Source: Rebecca billardiae RCC1528 (lineage: Eukaryota > Protista > Haptophyta). From it: 64,000 nt of DNA. The stretch spans positions 2,762,667 through 2,826,666 of the forward strand of contig OZ251230.1 of assembly GCA_965240325.2 (NCBI GenBank). The letters run 5' to 3'. Position numbers and translations under genes: made by a program. Positions 22,836 to 35,187 of the stretch are shown one piece after another. Numbering within the stretch: position 1 is the stretch's first letter; each line of letters opens with the position of its first letter. The notes under the pieces are model-generated. The model saw nothing but the letters and a program-made list of their open reading frames with translations, did not search any database and had not been told where the DNA came from.

Positions 22836-24943
22836 CTAGACGCGGCCCACGCCCGTGTGCTGCTGCACGTGCGCTGTCTCGGCGTGCGCGCCGGCCAAGT
22901 GGCCAAGGCTCCCGCACAGAGCGCACTTGGTGGCGTGCGCGAGCGTGAAGTTGTGCTGCATCTGCGCAGACGGTTGGCCGCCGGCCGACCGGTACGCGGC
23001 GAACAGCGGGCACGCCGCCGCGGAGCAGTCGCCGAATAGCTGGTGCCGTAGGCAGCCGTGCGCGCGGAAGACGCGGTGGTTGGCCTCCGAGAGCAGGGGC
23101 CGCCCGCTCGCGTCGCACACACCCCCGTACCGCGCCAGCTCGCGCGCCAGCGTCAGCGGCGGCACGCCCCCCGCAGAGGCGGCGCCCGGGAACGGTTGCG
23201 GCAGCGTCCGCGGCGGCCCGCCTGGCGGCGGGGGCGGCGGGCCGGGAGGCGGCGCCTGCGGCCCCGGCGGGTACGGCGCCGGTGTGTACGGCGCCGGCCC
23301 GGGCGCCCAGGCCGAACCCGCCGGCGGCACGTACGTGAGCGCGAGCGGCGCGGGCCCGGGCTGCGCCCCCTGTACCGGCGGCGCCGGCGGGGCCGGCGCT
23401 GCCGCCTGCAGCCCCTGCGGGTACGGCGCCGGCGGGCACAGCGCCGGGCGGGGCGCCCAGGACGATCCTGCCGAGGGTGCGCACGTGAACGAGAGCGGCA
23501 CGGGCCCGTGCGGCGCCACCTGCATCGGCGCCGACCACGACCAGCAGCCCCACTCCGCTGCGCCGGGCGCCGCCCCGCCAAAGCCGGGCGACAGGTCCTG
23601 CACCATCAGCGACGGCGGCGGCGGCGGAATCGGCATGCTCCCACCGTAGACGCGCATCAGCGGGCGCATGGCAAACTTGTCATGGAAGGGGTTGTCGTTC
23701 TTGTAGCAGTCGAAGAACGGCTCCCGCCCGCCACCGATGCTCGCCACCAGCGCCGCCACGCCCGAGCGCGCGTCGAGCACCCGCCCGAGGCTCTCCGAGA
23801 ATTCAGAGTGGAACTGTGCCGCCGCCCGCCAGTCGCGCGCCTCAGCGAGCTGCATCACGAAGCCCCTGTACTCGCGCAGCACCTCGGCGTCACCCGCGCG
23901 CGTGCAGAAGCCCTCGGCCTGCTCGACGAGCAGTATGAAGTGGAGCTGGCTGAGGAGCTGGTAGGCCTCGCGCAGCTCGCCCTTCGTGTTGAAGTAGACG
24001 CTTCGATCGACCTGCGCGTGCGGCACCTCAGCCATGTTGAAGGACTCCCAGACGACCGAACCCGCCGCGTTCGCCGGCACGCCCAAGCCGCGCCGCATGG
24101 ACGAAAACGCCCCGCGAGCCGGGAAGCTCGGCCTCCCCCCCCCGGTCCCACGGAGTTGGCCGCCCGCGCCGCCCGCGAGCGCGCAAGCGTTCGCGAACTC
24201 GTGCGCGGCCCCCGCAAGGAAGCCAGCCCCACCGAAGGGGACGGGATGCGGCACGAGCGAGCTGGGCGGGGCGAGGGGCGCCGCCGCGTCCGGCGCCGGC
24301 CGGACGCCCCAGGGCGGCGGCCGCGGCGGCGGGACAGAGGTGGGCCCCGTCGGTGCGCCGTCGGCGGGCGGCGCGCCCGAGTGGCCACCGACCGCCCCAT
24401 CACCCGCACCGTTGCCGTGGACGCCGCGAAGGAAGTCAGTGAGGCTGTTCGCGAGGTCGGGTGGTAGGCCAGTCGGAATGCCCGGCTGGCCAGCGGGCGC
24501 GGCCGGGGGGGCGGGTGCCTGCGGCTGCGCAGCAGCCGCCGTCGACGCGGCGCCGGCCGCTCGCCCGGGCGCGGGCGCGGGAGCAGCCCCCGCCGTCGTC
24601 CTGGCACCGGCCGCCGGCGCGGTCGCGGGCGGCGGCTGGACCGGCAGCGGGCCGAGCTGCTGCACCGGCGCGGCAGGCGGCAGGGTACTTGCTTGGCGGC
24701 CACCCGCGCGCCCACCCCGGCCCCGACCGCGGCCCCCGCCGCCGCGCCCACGAGCGCCGAGGACCTGCTGGTTGACGACGCGGCAGGCGGCAGGGTACTT
24801 GCTTGGCGGCCACCCGCGCGCCCACCCCGGCCCCGACCGCGGCCCCCGCCGCCGCGCCCACGAGCGCCGAGGACCTGCTGGTTGACGACGGCCGCTGCCG
24901 CCGCGCGGCGCCGCGACACGCGTTGGACTGCAGGCACCGCCAT
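22836..24943 (-). pseudogene. Gag-like ORF1, frameshifted near its start by a 110-bp tandem duplication
   Basis: ATG at 24943 (MAVPAVQRV) reads into the long Pro-rich ORF only if one copy of 24669-24888 is removed. C-terminal Cys/His motifs CLRHQLFGDCSAAAC and CALCGSLGH. Confidence 0.75.
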
Positions 24944-25849
24944 GTCGCCTGTCGGGACGGCGGGAGGCGGAGGAGCGCAGCTGGTTGTCCGTGCGGCTGC
25001 TCGGCGCCAAGCGTGGCCCGTCGGCTGGGTTTGGTAGTCGGGCGGCGGTCCGGTCGGCGGTCGGGCAGGGCGAGGTGCGCCGTGCGGTCGGGCGGGAAAG
25101 CGGACGGCTGCTGGGCGAAACTCGCTCCTGTTCGCCAAAGCCGGTCACTGCCCGTCAACTCCCGGCGCGCGCTCACTTTTCTGCGGTCCGCGCCAAAAGC
25201 GAGCTGCCACACGCTCGGAACGCTGTCCGGGGGCGCGCTGCGAGCTCCGAGCTCCGAGCCCGTCCGGGCGGGGGTGCGGTCGGAGGGGCGCTGGAGGAGG
25301 GTATCGGGCGGCGGCGAAGCGGCGCCGGCAGTCATAACGCGATAACCGCCGCAGACTGCCAAACCCGCCACTCCCGTCGCGTCGGCCATCGCCCCAAAAG
25401 CGCAGTCCGCCCAAGCCGAAGGGTCCGCGCCGTGGCTGCCTCGTCACGTCAACCGGACGACAGCCACACTGATGAGTGATGGTAGCTCACTGACTTTTGT
25501 CTTTGTCTGACCGTGTGACACGATCCCGGTGTCTGTGACCGACTCTGAGCTGAGTCGCAGGGATTGATTGGTGATTCTGACAACTACGTCTCAGGTACAG
25601 CGCACCGCGCGTCATTCATCGTCAGATTGGCGCCGGCGGCACACTGACACTGTCACCATTGGTAACAGCGTCGTCAGTGTCGGCGACAACCTCCCCGCCG
25701 TCCGCGCGGCGTGATGCGCGCCAATCGGCGCCGCACGCGGCACGGGCCGGCCGCGGGCGCCCCGCCCCGGCTCGGCTCGCGCGCACGCCGTCCGACGAGA
25801 CGCCCGCCGCGCACGCGCCGCGCACCGCCCGCCCGCCGGCACCCAGCCG

Positions 25850-26463
25850 TCACCACACCGTCGACGCGGGCTTCTTCTTGGGCGGCGGCGGGCTGGCAGC
25901 AGCGCCCGCCGCGCCCTCGGCGCCGTCGCGCGCTGCGGGCGGCGGGGGCAGGGCCGAGCCGTCGACCGAGCTGCGGAGGGCGCGCGGCGGGGCGCGCGGC
26001 GGGCGCGCGGCACGCGCGTCGTCAGCCAAACCGCGCGCGCGCGCGCGCGCGCGCGCGGCGCCGGCGGCCAGTCCGGGCGAGGGTCGCGGCCCCACCTGAG
26101 GATGGCGCGTGCGCGCGCGGCGGCGCCAAAGGCGCCGAGGCCGCGCGGCGCGAGCGCGTCGCGCGCGTCGGCGAGCGTCGCGCGCAGCGCCTCCTTCTCG
26201 GCGCGCAGCTTCTCCGCCTCCTCCTGCTGCGCCAGCAGCTGCTCCTCGAGCTGGACGACCGCGGTCGCGTACTTGGACTTGTACTGCAGCACGCGGAAGG
26301 AGCAGTACACGCCCCAGCCCGTGGCGGCGAGGGTGACGACCGTGTCCGCGGAGATGCCCCACGCCGACGCGCGCGGCGTGGGCTGCGCGCCGCCGCCGCC
26401 GCCGCCGCCGCCCGCCGCCTGTGTGGCGGTGCTCAGCCACCGCCGAGCGTGCCGCGCCGCCAT
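25850..26463 (-). CDS. Small protein with mitochondrial-type presequence, one TM and a coiled coil; intron 26095-25971
   Basis: Leader MAARHARRWLSTATQ and TM VVTLAATGWGVYCSF. The AG|GTGGGG..CCGCAG|C splice is phase-compatible. Confidence 0.65.
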
Positions 26464-26657
26464 CGCGGTGCCCTCGTCGCAAAGATCCACCGGGGCCGGT
26501 CCGGATTCCGATTTCCGGCCAACAAAGGTCAGGCCGGCTGGCGCCGCGAGCTCGCGAGCTCCACAGCGGCGGCGGCACACTCGTCAACTCGATCGGTTGG
26601 CCAACGACCATCCTCGTCGGAGAGCTCGACGCGAGCAGCGAGCGCGCGCCTCGCGGG

Positions 26658-29600
26658 ATGGCGAGCATGCGCCGGATGGGCGCGGACGACGCGCTGCGGC
26701 TGTGCGCGGACCAGGTGATCACCGGGCTCCCCTCCGCGCTCAAGGAGCTCGTCGAGAACGCGCTGGACGCGGGCGCGCGCACGGTGGACGTGACGCTCGA
26801 GGCGCACGGCGCGTCGCTGCTGCAGGTGGCGGACGACGGGCGCGGGATCGCGGGGGCGGAGCAGCACGCGCTGATCGCGCGGCGGCACGCCACGTCCAAG
26901 CTGCGCCACTTCGCCGAGCTCGACGCCGTCGCCTCCTTCGGCTTCCGCGGCGAGGCGCTCTCGTCGCTCGCGGCGCTGGCCGAGCTCGAGGTCGAGACGC
27001 GGCCGCGCGCCGGCGCGCCCGGCGGCGAGGTGGGGCGGCGGCTGCGCTTCGGGCACGACGGGCGGGTGCTCTCGAGCGAGATCGTCGCGCGCCAGCCCGG
27101 CACGTGCGTGCGCGTGCGCAACCTCTTCTGCACCTTCCCCGTGCGCGCGCGCGAGCTCGCGCGGCGCGCCAAGCCGGAGCTGCGGCGCGCGCTTGGCCTG
27201 CTGCAGGCGTACGCGCTCGCGCGGCCGGACGTGCGCTTCAGCCTGAGCCACGCGCCCACGCCGGGCGGCCGCGCCGGCGCGCCGCTGCTGCGCACCGAGG
27301 GCGCGCCGCCGGGCGCCGCGCCGCCGCCGCCGGGCGCGGAGGCCGAGGGCGGCGGCGCGGCGCGCGCGCCGCCGTCCGCCGCGCTGCTGCTGCGCGCGGC
27401 GGGGTCGGTGTACGGCGCGGCGCAGGCGCTCGAGCTGATGCACGTGGACGAGACGGCGGAGCTGGGCGGCGCGGCGGAGGAGGCCGCGCCGCCCGCTGCC
27501 GACGCCGCCGCCGCCGCCGCCGACGCGGCGCCTCCCGCCTCCGGTGCGGAGGGGGGCGGCGGTGGCGGCGGTGGCGGCGGTGGGGGCGGTGGGGGCGGCC
27601 TGCTGCTCGACTCTCTGCACGCACTGGCGCACGGCACACCCGCCCCCGCGCCCACGGGCGCAGGCGGCGGCGGAGGCAGCGGCGCGGGCGCGCAGGGCGG
27701 CCTGCCCGCGCCCGGGCGCGTGCGCGTGTGCGGGCTGGTCTCGCGGCCGCGCACCGCCTCCGCGCGCGCGTCCGCGGAGCGCCAGACCTGGCTGCTGAAC
27801 GGCCGGCCGGTCGAGTGCGCGCGGCTGAGCCGCGCGCTGAACGAGGCGTTCCGCAGCGCCACGTCGCGCGCGGACGCGTTCCCCGCGGCGGTGCTGTGGC
27901 TCTGCCTGCCCGAGGGCGCCTTCGACGTGAACGTGAGCCCGGACAAGCGCACCGTGCTGCTGCGCGACGAGGCCGCGGTGTGCCACGCGGTGCGGTGCGC
28001 GCTGCTGCGCGCGTACGACCGCGCGCTGCTGGGCGCGGGCGGAGGGGCGGGGGGCGGGCGGCGGGGCGGCGAAGGGGGCGGCGCGGCGGCGGCGGCGGGC
28101 AGCGCGCGCGGCGCGCTCGCGCTCGGCGAGGCGGCCGCGCCGCACGCCGGCGCGCGCGCGGCGCACGGCGCGGCCGGCCTCGGGCGCGCGCTGCCCGGGG
28201 GCGCGGTGCAGGGCGTGCTGCCCGCGCCCACGCCGCTGCCCACGCCCACCACGCTGCCGCGCGCGAGCGCCGCCGACGCGGGCGGCGATGGCGACGGCGC
28301 GCCGCCCGAGCTCGGCGCGTTTGGGCACGGCGCGGCCCCGAGCGCGCCTTCGCTCTGCGGCCGCGGCGGCGGCGGCGGCGCGGCCGCGCCCGAGGCCGCG
28401 CCGCCGCCGCGGTGCGCAGCCGCGCCGAGCGCGGCCGATGGCGGTGGCGGTGGCGGTGTGCGCCCGCTGGTGCGGCTGGACGACCTGGGCTGCCTGCGCG
28501 CGCACGAGGCGGCGGCCGAGCTGCGCGGCGCGGCGGAGCGGCTGCTCGGCGCGCGCCCGCCGCTGCGCCCCGCGCGGCGCGCGCGCGCGCTGTGCGCCGC
28601 GCTCGCGCTGCAGTGCGCTGCCGGCTCGGTGCCGGACGGGCCGGCGGGCGGCGCGCTGCTGGGCGCGGCGCTGGGCGCGCTGGGCGCGGTGGCGGGCGGC
28701 GCGCTGGGCGTGCGCGAGCTCGCGGCGGCGGCGGGCTGGCGCGGCGAGGCGCGCGGCGCGCCGAGCGCCGCCGCGCTGGTGGACGCGCTCGGCGCCGCCG
28801 CCGCCGCCGCCGACGACGCCGACGCCGCCGCCGACGCCGCCGCCGCCGCGGGCGCGCCTTGGCCGCGGGCGGCGGCGCTCGGCGCCGATCCGGACGCACC
28901 GTCGCCGCCGCCGTCGCGCGCGGCGTCGAGCAGCCGGCCGGCGGACGCGCGAGACGCGGCGGCGGCGGCGGGCCTGCTCGGCGCGCTCAGCGTGCCGCCG
29001 AGCGCGCCGCAGCCCGCGGCGGCCGGCGGCGGCGGCGCGCGGCGGCGCGCGCGCGGCGGCGCGGCGGCGGGCGCGCGCGGCGGCGGCACGCCGCCGCTCT
29101 CGGTGGCCTTCGACGCGGGCCAGCTCGCCGCCGCCGCGGCCGCCGCGGGCGCGCGCGCGCCGCCCCAGCCCGCGCCGCCCGCGGGCGGCGCGGCGGGCGG
29201 CGCGCGCGCGGGCGCCGGAGGCATCCGCTCGGCGGGCGAGCTCGAGGCCGCGGCCGCGGCCGCGGCCGCGGCCGCGGCGGGCGGCGGCGGCGGCGGGCCG
29301 GGGCTTGGCGCGCTCGAGGCGGCGCTGAGCGCGCGCGTGCTCTCGAAGGGCTCGTTCGGCGCGATGCGCGTGCTCGGCCAGTTCAACAACGGCTTCATCC
29401 TCACGCGCCTCGGCTCCGACCTCTATGTGGTCGACCAGCACGCGGCCGACGAGAAGGCGCACTTTGAGAAGCTGCGGAGCCGGGCGGCGGTGGAGCGGCA
29501 GCCGCTGGTGGCGCCGCTGCCGCTGCCGCTGAGCGCGGCGGAGGAGGAGGCGGTGCGCGAGGCGCAGCCCGTGCTCGCCGCGAACGGGTTTGGCGTGGCC

Positions 29601-30063
29601 ATCGACGAGGCCGCGCCGCCGACCAAGCGCGTGAAGCTGACCGCGCTGCCCGCGTGCAAGCGCGCCACCTTTGGCGCGCGCGACGTGCACGGTGCGCGCG
29701 CGCGCGCGCGCCGCGCACCGCCGACGATGCGCGTGCTGTGTCGCCCGCGCGCCGCCTCGCTCGCTCACGCGCGCGTCGCCCCCGTCGCCTGCCCCCGCGC
29801 GCGCCGCCGCGCGGGCAGAGCTGCTCGAGCTCGCGCGCGACGCGCCGCCGGGCGTGCCAGTGCAGCTGCCGCGGCTGCGCACGCTGCTCGCCACGCGCGC
29901 GTGCCACGCGTCGGTCGTGATCGGCGACGCGCTCGACGTGGGCCGGATGGAGCAGATCGTGTGCGCGCTCGGCGAGCTGCAGCAGCCGTGGAACTGCCCG
30001 CACGGCCGGCCGACCGTGCGCCACGTGGCCGACCTCGAGCGGCTGCTGCCGCGCGCGCAGTGA
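26658..30063 (+). CDS. PMS2: MutL-family mismatch-repair endonuclease (PMS2 / yeast PMS1 type); intron 29692-29818
   Basis: GHKL ATPase motifs KELVENALDAGA, DDGRGI, TSKL and GFRGEAL. C-terminal GQFNNGFI, DQHAADEKAHFE and CPHGRP. Confidence 0.95.
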
Positions 30064-30168
30064 GACGACCGCCGTTCGTCGGGGCCACGCTCACCCGTTA
30101 TTAATCACCGACGGCAAATCATGCACTGACTACTATATGTGGCGTTATTGGCACAATAACTGAGTGTC

Positions 30169-30481
30169 TAAGAGCGACACCAAGATCCGGCTCGCGTGGC
30201 GTCATCAACCAGCTCGGTCCGGCCGGGGCGCCAGCCGCCCAGCGCGCGCAGTCCTCGGCGCGGGTCGGACAGACCCTTTTCGGCAGCCAATCCGGTCGGC
30301 ACCGGGCACCGCTTGCAGGACTTGCTCGGCGATTCCTGTTCCATCCGAGGCGACTCTTTTGGCCTCGGCACGGCTCGGCCCAAGGTACGGGGGCGCCATG
30401 ACACAAGGCGCCGAGCTGAGCAGGGGCGGCCCACGACACCGTCAGCACGCTACTCACTACTCTCCTCCGACCGCACTCTTA
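30169..30481. mobile_element. Possible 313-bp small insertion (MITE or solo-LTR-like)
   Basis: GTGTC on both flanks (30164-30168 and 30482-30486). Termini TAAGAG...CTCTTA. Confidence 0.4.
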
Positions 30482-31240
30482 GTGTCTAGTGAGCTCGGCA
30501 GGCACAGGACGAGCAGGTGTATACGCTGCTTTGGCGGTAGTCCCCCCTGCTCGGTGAGGTTGCTGCTGTCAGCGCCTCCGCCCTGCAGCGCCGCACCGCA
30601 GCCGCGTCGTCGCTCACGTCCGGCATATCACACTTTCTCGTCCAGCTAAGCTCACGTGCTGCCGCGTCACCGTGCTGTCCGTGGCCTCCGCGGCGCTGAT
30701 CATCGGATGAGTCCGCGTGACTCATCGGTCATCCGCGGCGCATCCGGCGGCAGGCCGCATGCCGGCGGCGCATGGATCCGCCGCCGGCGCCATAGACCTG
30801 AGTGAATCAACTGCTCTAGTGAGTGAGTGGTGCTCGTCGAATCTAAGTCAGCTGCCGGCACCCGGCGCAGACCCGCGCGGCGCGGCCGGCCCGGCCCCGT
30901 GACGGTCGTATGACGAGTCGTCATCGCAGCAGCATCATCAGCAGCGCATATGTATATCGTCAGCGCACGTAGTAGCGCAGTACGGTCCGAGCGCATCGTC
31001 ATATCATCGTAGTCGATATCATCAGCAGTGCTGCTATCTGCGCCGCCAGCCCGGAGCTGCCCGGTCACCGCCTCCGCTGGCGCCATCCAGCTAAACGGTG
31101 AGCCGCGGCGCCTGACGGTCACCGCCGACAGTCCCTCCGCCCGGCGCCGGCCGGGCGGTGGGCGCCGGCAGCGCACTCTCCGCACTCCGCCTCCGCGATG
31201 CCGCACGGACGGGCGCGCGTCGAGGCGCGCGCGCAGCGGC

Positions 31241-31747
<507 letters not shown>

Positions 31748-31806
31748 TCATCAATCACGCGCGACTTGGCGCGGCCGACGCGTCCAGACGCTCGCTCGCC
31801 GACGCG

Positions 31807-33309
31807 ATGGCGGACGCCAAGGTGGCGGGGCTGGCGAAGCAGATCCGCGAGCAGGTGGAGAAGTCGGACGAGTACGACCTGGACAACTACTCCGAGGCCG
31901 CCGCCGCCGAGCTCATGGCCGCCGCCTTTGCGAAGCCGCTGGACGCGCCGCACGCCGTGCGGTGCACCTTTCTGATCGGCGGCGGCAAGTCGGTGCGCGG
32001 CCGGTACGACCCGCACCTGCAGCGCGGGCTGTCGCAGGCGCTGCACGCGCTGGGGTTTGAGGACGACAGCGGCGCGTCGCTCGGCTCGAGCCGCTGCTTC
32101 AAGATGCAGCACGACACGGGGCGCAACCTGAAGCTGCTCCACGTCTTCCCGCCCACCGCGCAGCCGGACGGCGGGCAGCGCGCGGGCGAGGGCGGCGCGC
32201 AGGCGGCGACGCTCGACCCGACGTCGCCCGCGTACCTCGTCCTCGCCGCGCCCGACCTCACCTCCTTCGCCGCCCTCGTCGACGCGCACGCGCCCGCGTA
32301 CATGCAGCGCGTGCGGCTCAAGGAGACGCTGGGGCGCAGCTTTGTGCCGCTCTTCGCCGCCATCGACGCGAAGCTGATCGGGGGCACGCCGCTGGACGAG
32401 GCGGAGCAGGCGTGGTCGGAGGTGCGCGCCGCGCGCCGCCCCGCCGCCCTGCTGCTGCGCGCGCCGCGCGCGCGCGCCCCGCCCTGACGGCGCGCGCGCG
32501 GCCCTCGCCCTGCTGATCTCTGGCCCTGCCGCTGCGCCCGCTCAGGTGTGCTCGGCGGACGCGCTCGCGGAGCGGCTCGGCTGGCTGGGCGCGTCGCTCA
32601 AGCGGCTGGTGGACGAGGGCGCGCTGACGGCGGCCGAGCGCAAGCACGTCGAGGCGCAGGCGTCCGCCAAGCTCGAGGCGCTCGACGCCGAGCTCGACGC
32701 CGCGCGCGCCGAGGGCAAGGAGAAGCGCGCCGAGAAGCTGCGCGCGCAGCGCGAGGCGCTGCTGGCGGCGCGCGCCGCGGCCGAGCGCGGCGCGCCCGCG
32801 GTGCCGCGCCCGTCGGCGGCGGCGGCGGCGGAGCTGGAGAAGCTGTGGGTGCAGGTGTTCGGGCTGCGCCGCGTGCAGGAGGCCGCCAAGGCGAGCAACA
32901 CGCTGCTCACGCTCGAGCAGGCGCGGCAGGTGCGCGCGGCCGCGGCGCGCGCCCGCGCGCGCGATCGCGCGCTGAGGCGCCGAGCGCGCGCGCGCCGTCG
33001 CGCGCCCCGCAGGTGGGCCAGCTGCCCGAGCTCGAGGAGGCGATCGAGGCGGTGCACGAGCGCGAGCGGCGGTGGTTCGAGACGGACGAGGAGCTCCGCG
33101 CGCGCATGGCGCCGCCGCGCCAGGCCGCCACCGCGAAGGCGAAGAAGGCGGCGAGCGCCGCGTCCGCGCGCGCCGCGGCCAGCGCGGGCTGGAGCACCGC
33201 CGGCGGTGGGGCCAAGGGGCGCGGCGCCGGCGGCCGCTCGGCCGGCGGCGGCGGCGGCGGCAAGCCCGGCGGCGGGTTCGCGCTGCTCGGCGACGACTCG
33301 GACCGATGA
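31807..33309 (+). CDS. Hypothetical protein with coiled-coil C-half; exons 31807-32421, 32546-32929, 33013-33309
   Basis: Strong GC3 bias. Two phase-0 GTGCGC..CAG introns join three open frames. Confidence 0.8.
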
Positions 33310-33878
33310 GCGCCGCGCCGCCGGGGCGACGATCGACTCGTCTGAGCCGCATCCCGCCGCGCCGATCAGCCGAGATGCCGCGCGACGTGCTGATGATGAA
33401 AGTTTGATTGTCGTCGTCAGCACTACTCAGCAGGCTTGGGCGCTTGCGTCGTCGCGCGCGCGCAGTACGACTTTCAAAAATCGTTGTCAGCAGAGCGCAG
33501 CGGCCGGCTGACGATGCTGAGCAGACTACTGGATGGCGCGCGCGCTACGCTTGATGACAGAGCATCAGTCACTGGTGCGTGATACATGTATGATGTGCGT
33601 GCATGTGCTGAGCTGATCGTCATGGACGACTCGTCAGTCGTCCTCAATGACAATGAGCGCGCGGCCCCCTGAGTCAGTCAGTATGAGCCGATCGACGACG
33701 CGACTGCTGCGCCGCGTGAGTGAGGAGCCACGCAGGGCGGCGGCCACGCGGGGCCGGCGCTGGGCGGGATGCAGGCGGCGCCGCGCGGCGGCGGGTCGTG
33801 CGGTGTACAGCCCGAGCGGCGGGCGGGAATCAGGGAATGCGCGCGGAGCGCAGCAGCGCCCCCACTCACTGAAGTGAC

Positions 33879-35156
33879 TCACGCGGCCGAGGGCACGTCC
33901 TCGCGCTCGCGCGGCGGCTGCGGCGGGCGCGCGGGGTGCTGCGCGTCAAAGGAGCGGCTGCGGTCCCACAGCGTGTGCGGGTGCGCGTCGACGAACGCCT
34001 CGAGCTCGGCGAACGCCGCGTCGACGTGCGCGTCCTCGATCGCGTCGACGAACACGCACGCGCCGATCGGGCCGGGCAGCGGCGCGCGCAGCAGGCCGTC
34101 GCGGTGCACGGTGATCTCGCGCACGGCGCGCTTGTACGTGGCGGCGCTCACGCCGCGCACGGAGCAGGGCAGGCCGAGCGCCTCGTACGCGGCGAGCACG
34201 CGCTGCGCGTCCGCGCGCGAGAGCAGCCCGAGCTGCTGCGCGAGCAGCGTGGAGAAGGCGCAGTCGATCGCCACCGCCTCGCCGTGCCGCAGCTTGAAGG
34301 CCTCCGACGCCTCGAGCGTGCGCGAGAGCGAGTGACCAAAGTCCATCGGCCGCACGAGCGACTCCTCCCACAGGTCGGGGCCGATGCAGGTGAGCATCGC
34401 GTCGACCGAGCGGCGGATGGCCTCGTCCGCCGCCGCCGAGCCGTCGTCGAACTTGGAGTCCACCAGCGCGGGCCCGTGCGCCTCGAGCAGCTCGAAGAGC
34501 GCGGCGTCGTGCACGAGCGCCGCCTTCATCATCTCGCCCACGCCGCTCAGCACGTCGGCGCGCGGCAGCGTGGAGAGGAAGGAGGCGTCGACGAAGGTGT
34601 GCAGCGGCGAGTGGAAGGCGCCGACGCCGTTCTTGCGGATGTAGTTGGTCGCCACCTTGATCCCGACCGACGCGTCCACCATCCCGAGCAGCGTCGTCGG
34701 CATGCGGCACCACGGGATGCCGCGCCGCCACAGCGCGCACGCAAACCCGGCCATGTCGGTGAGCACGCCGCCGCCGATCGCGAGCACGGGCTCGGAGCGG
34801 CGGAGCGGGTCGACGCGCGCGAGCTCGTCGAGGAGGTGCAGCACGTTGGGCATGGTCTTCTGGTCCTCGTTCCCCGCCAGCACGATCGGCTCGACGCGCA
34901 CGCCCTGCCGCGCCGCCCACCCCTGCACGGCGGGGCCGTACAGCGCCCAGACCGTGTCGTCCACGACCGCGACCACGCGCCCGGTGGAGAGGGGCAGCGC
35001 GCGCGCGAGCAGGCCCTCGCCCGCGCGCGCGTCGAAGAGGCCGCGCGCCTGCCAGATGCGCTGGGTCGTGCGCCCGTCGAACGTCTGCCACCGCGGCTGC
35101 ACGCCGGGCGCGTCGCGCCCGCCCAGCGTCGCCGCGTCCGCCGCCGCCGACGCCAT

Positions 35157-35187
<31 letters not shown>

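Larger units (their letters stand above)
18740..25395 (-). mobile_element. Ngaro/PAT-type tyrosine-recombinase (DIRS order) retrotransposon with split direct repeats A1-ORFs-B1-A2-B2
   Basis: A repeats of 437 bp (24959-25395 and 18924-19360) and B repeats of 119 bp (19361-19479 and 18740-18858). Gag-like, RT/RNase H and YR remnants lie between them. No TSD. Confidence 0.92.

Noticed and set aside
25467-25495. Hammerhead-like CTGATGA-GTGA..TCAC next to the retrotransposon
   Set aside because: The stem is followed by TGAC rather than GAAA, and no stems I or III are evident.
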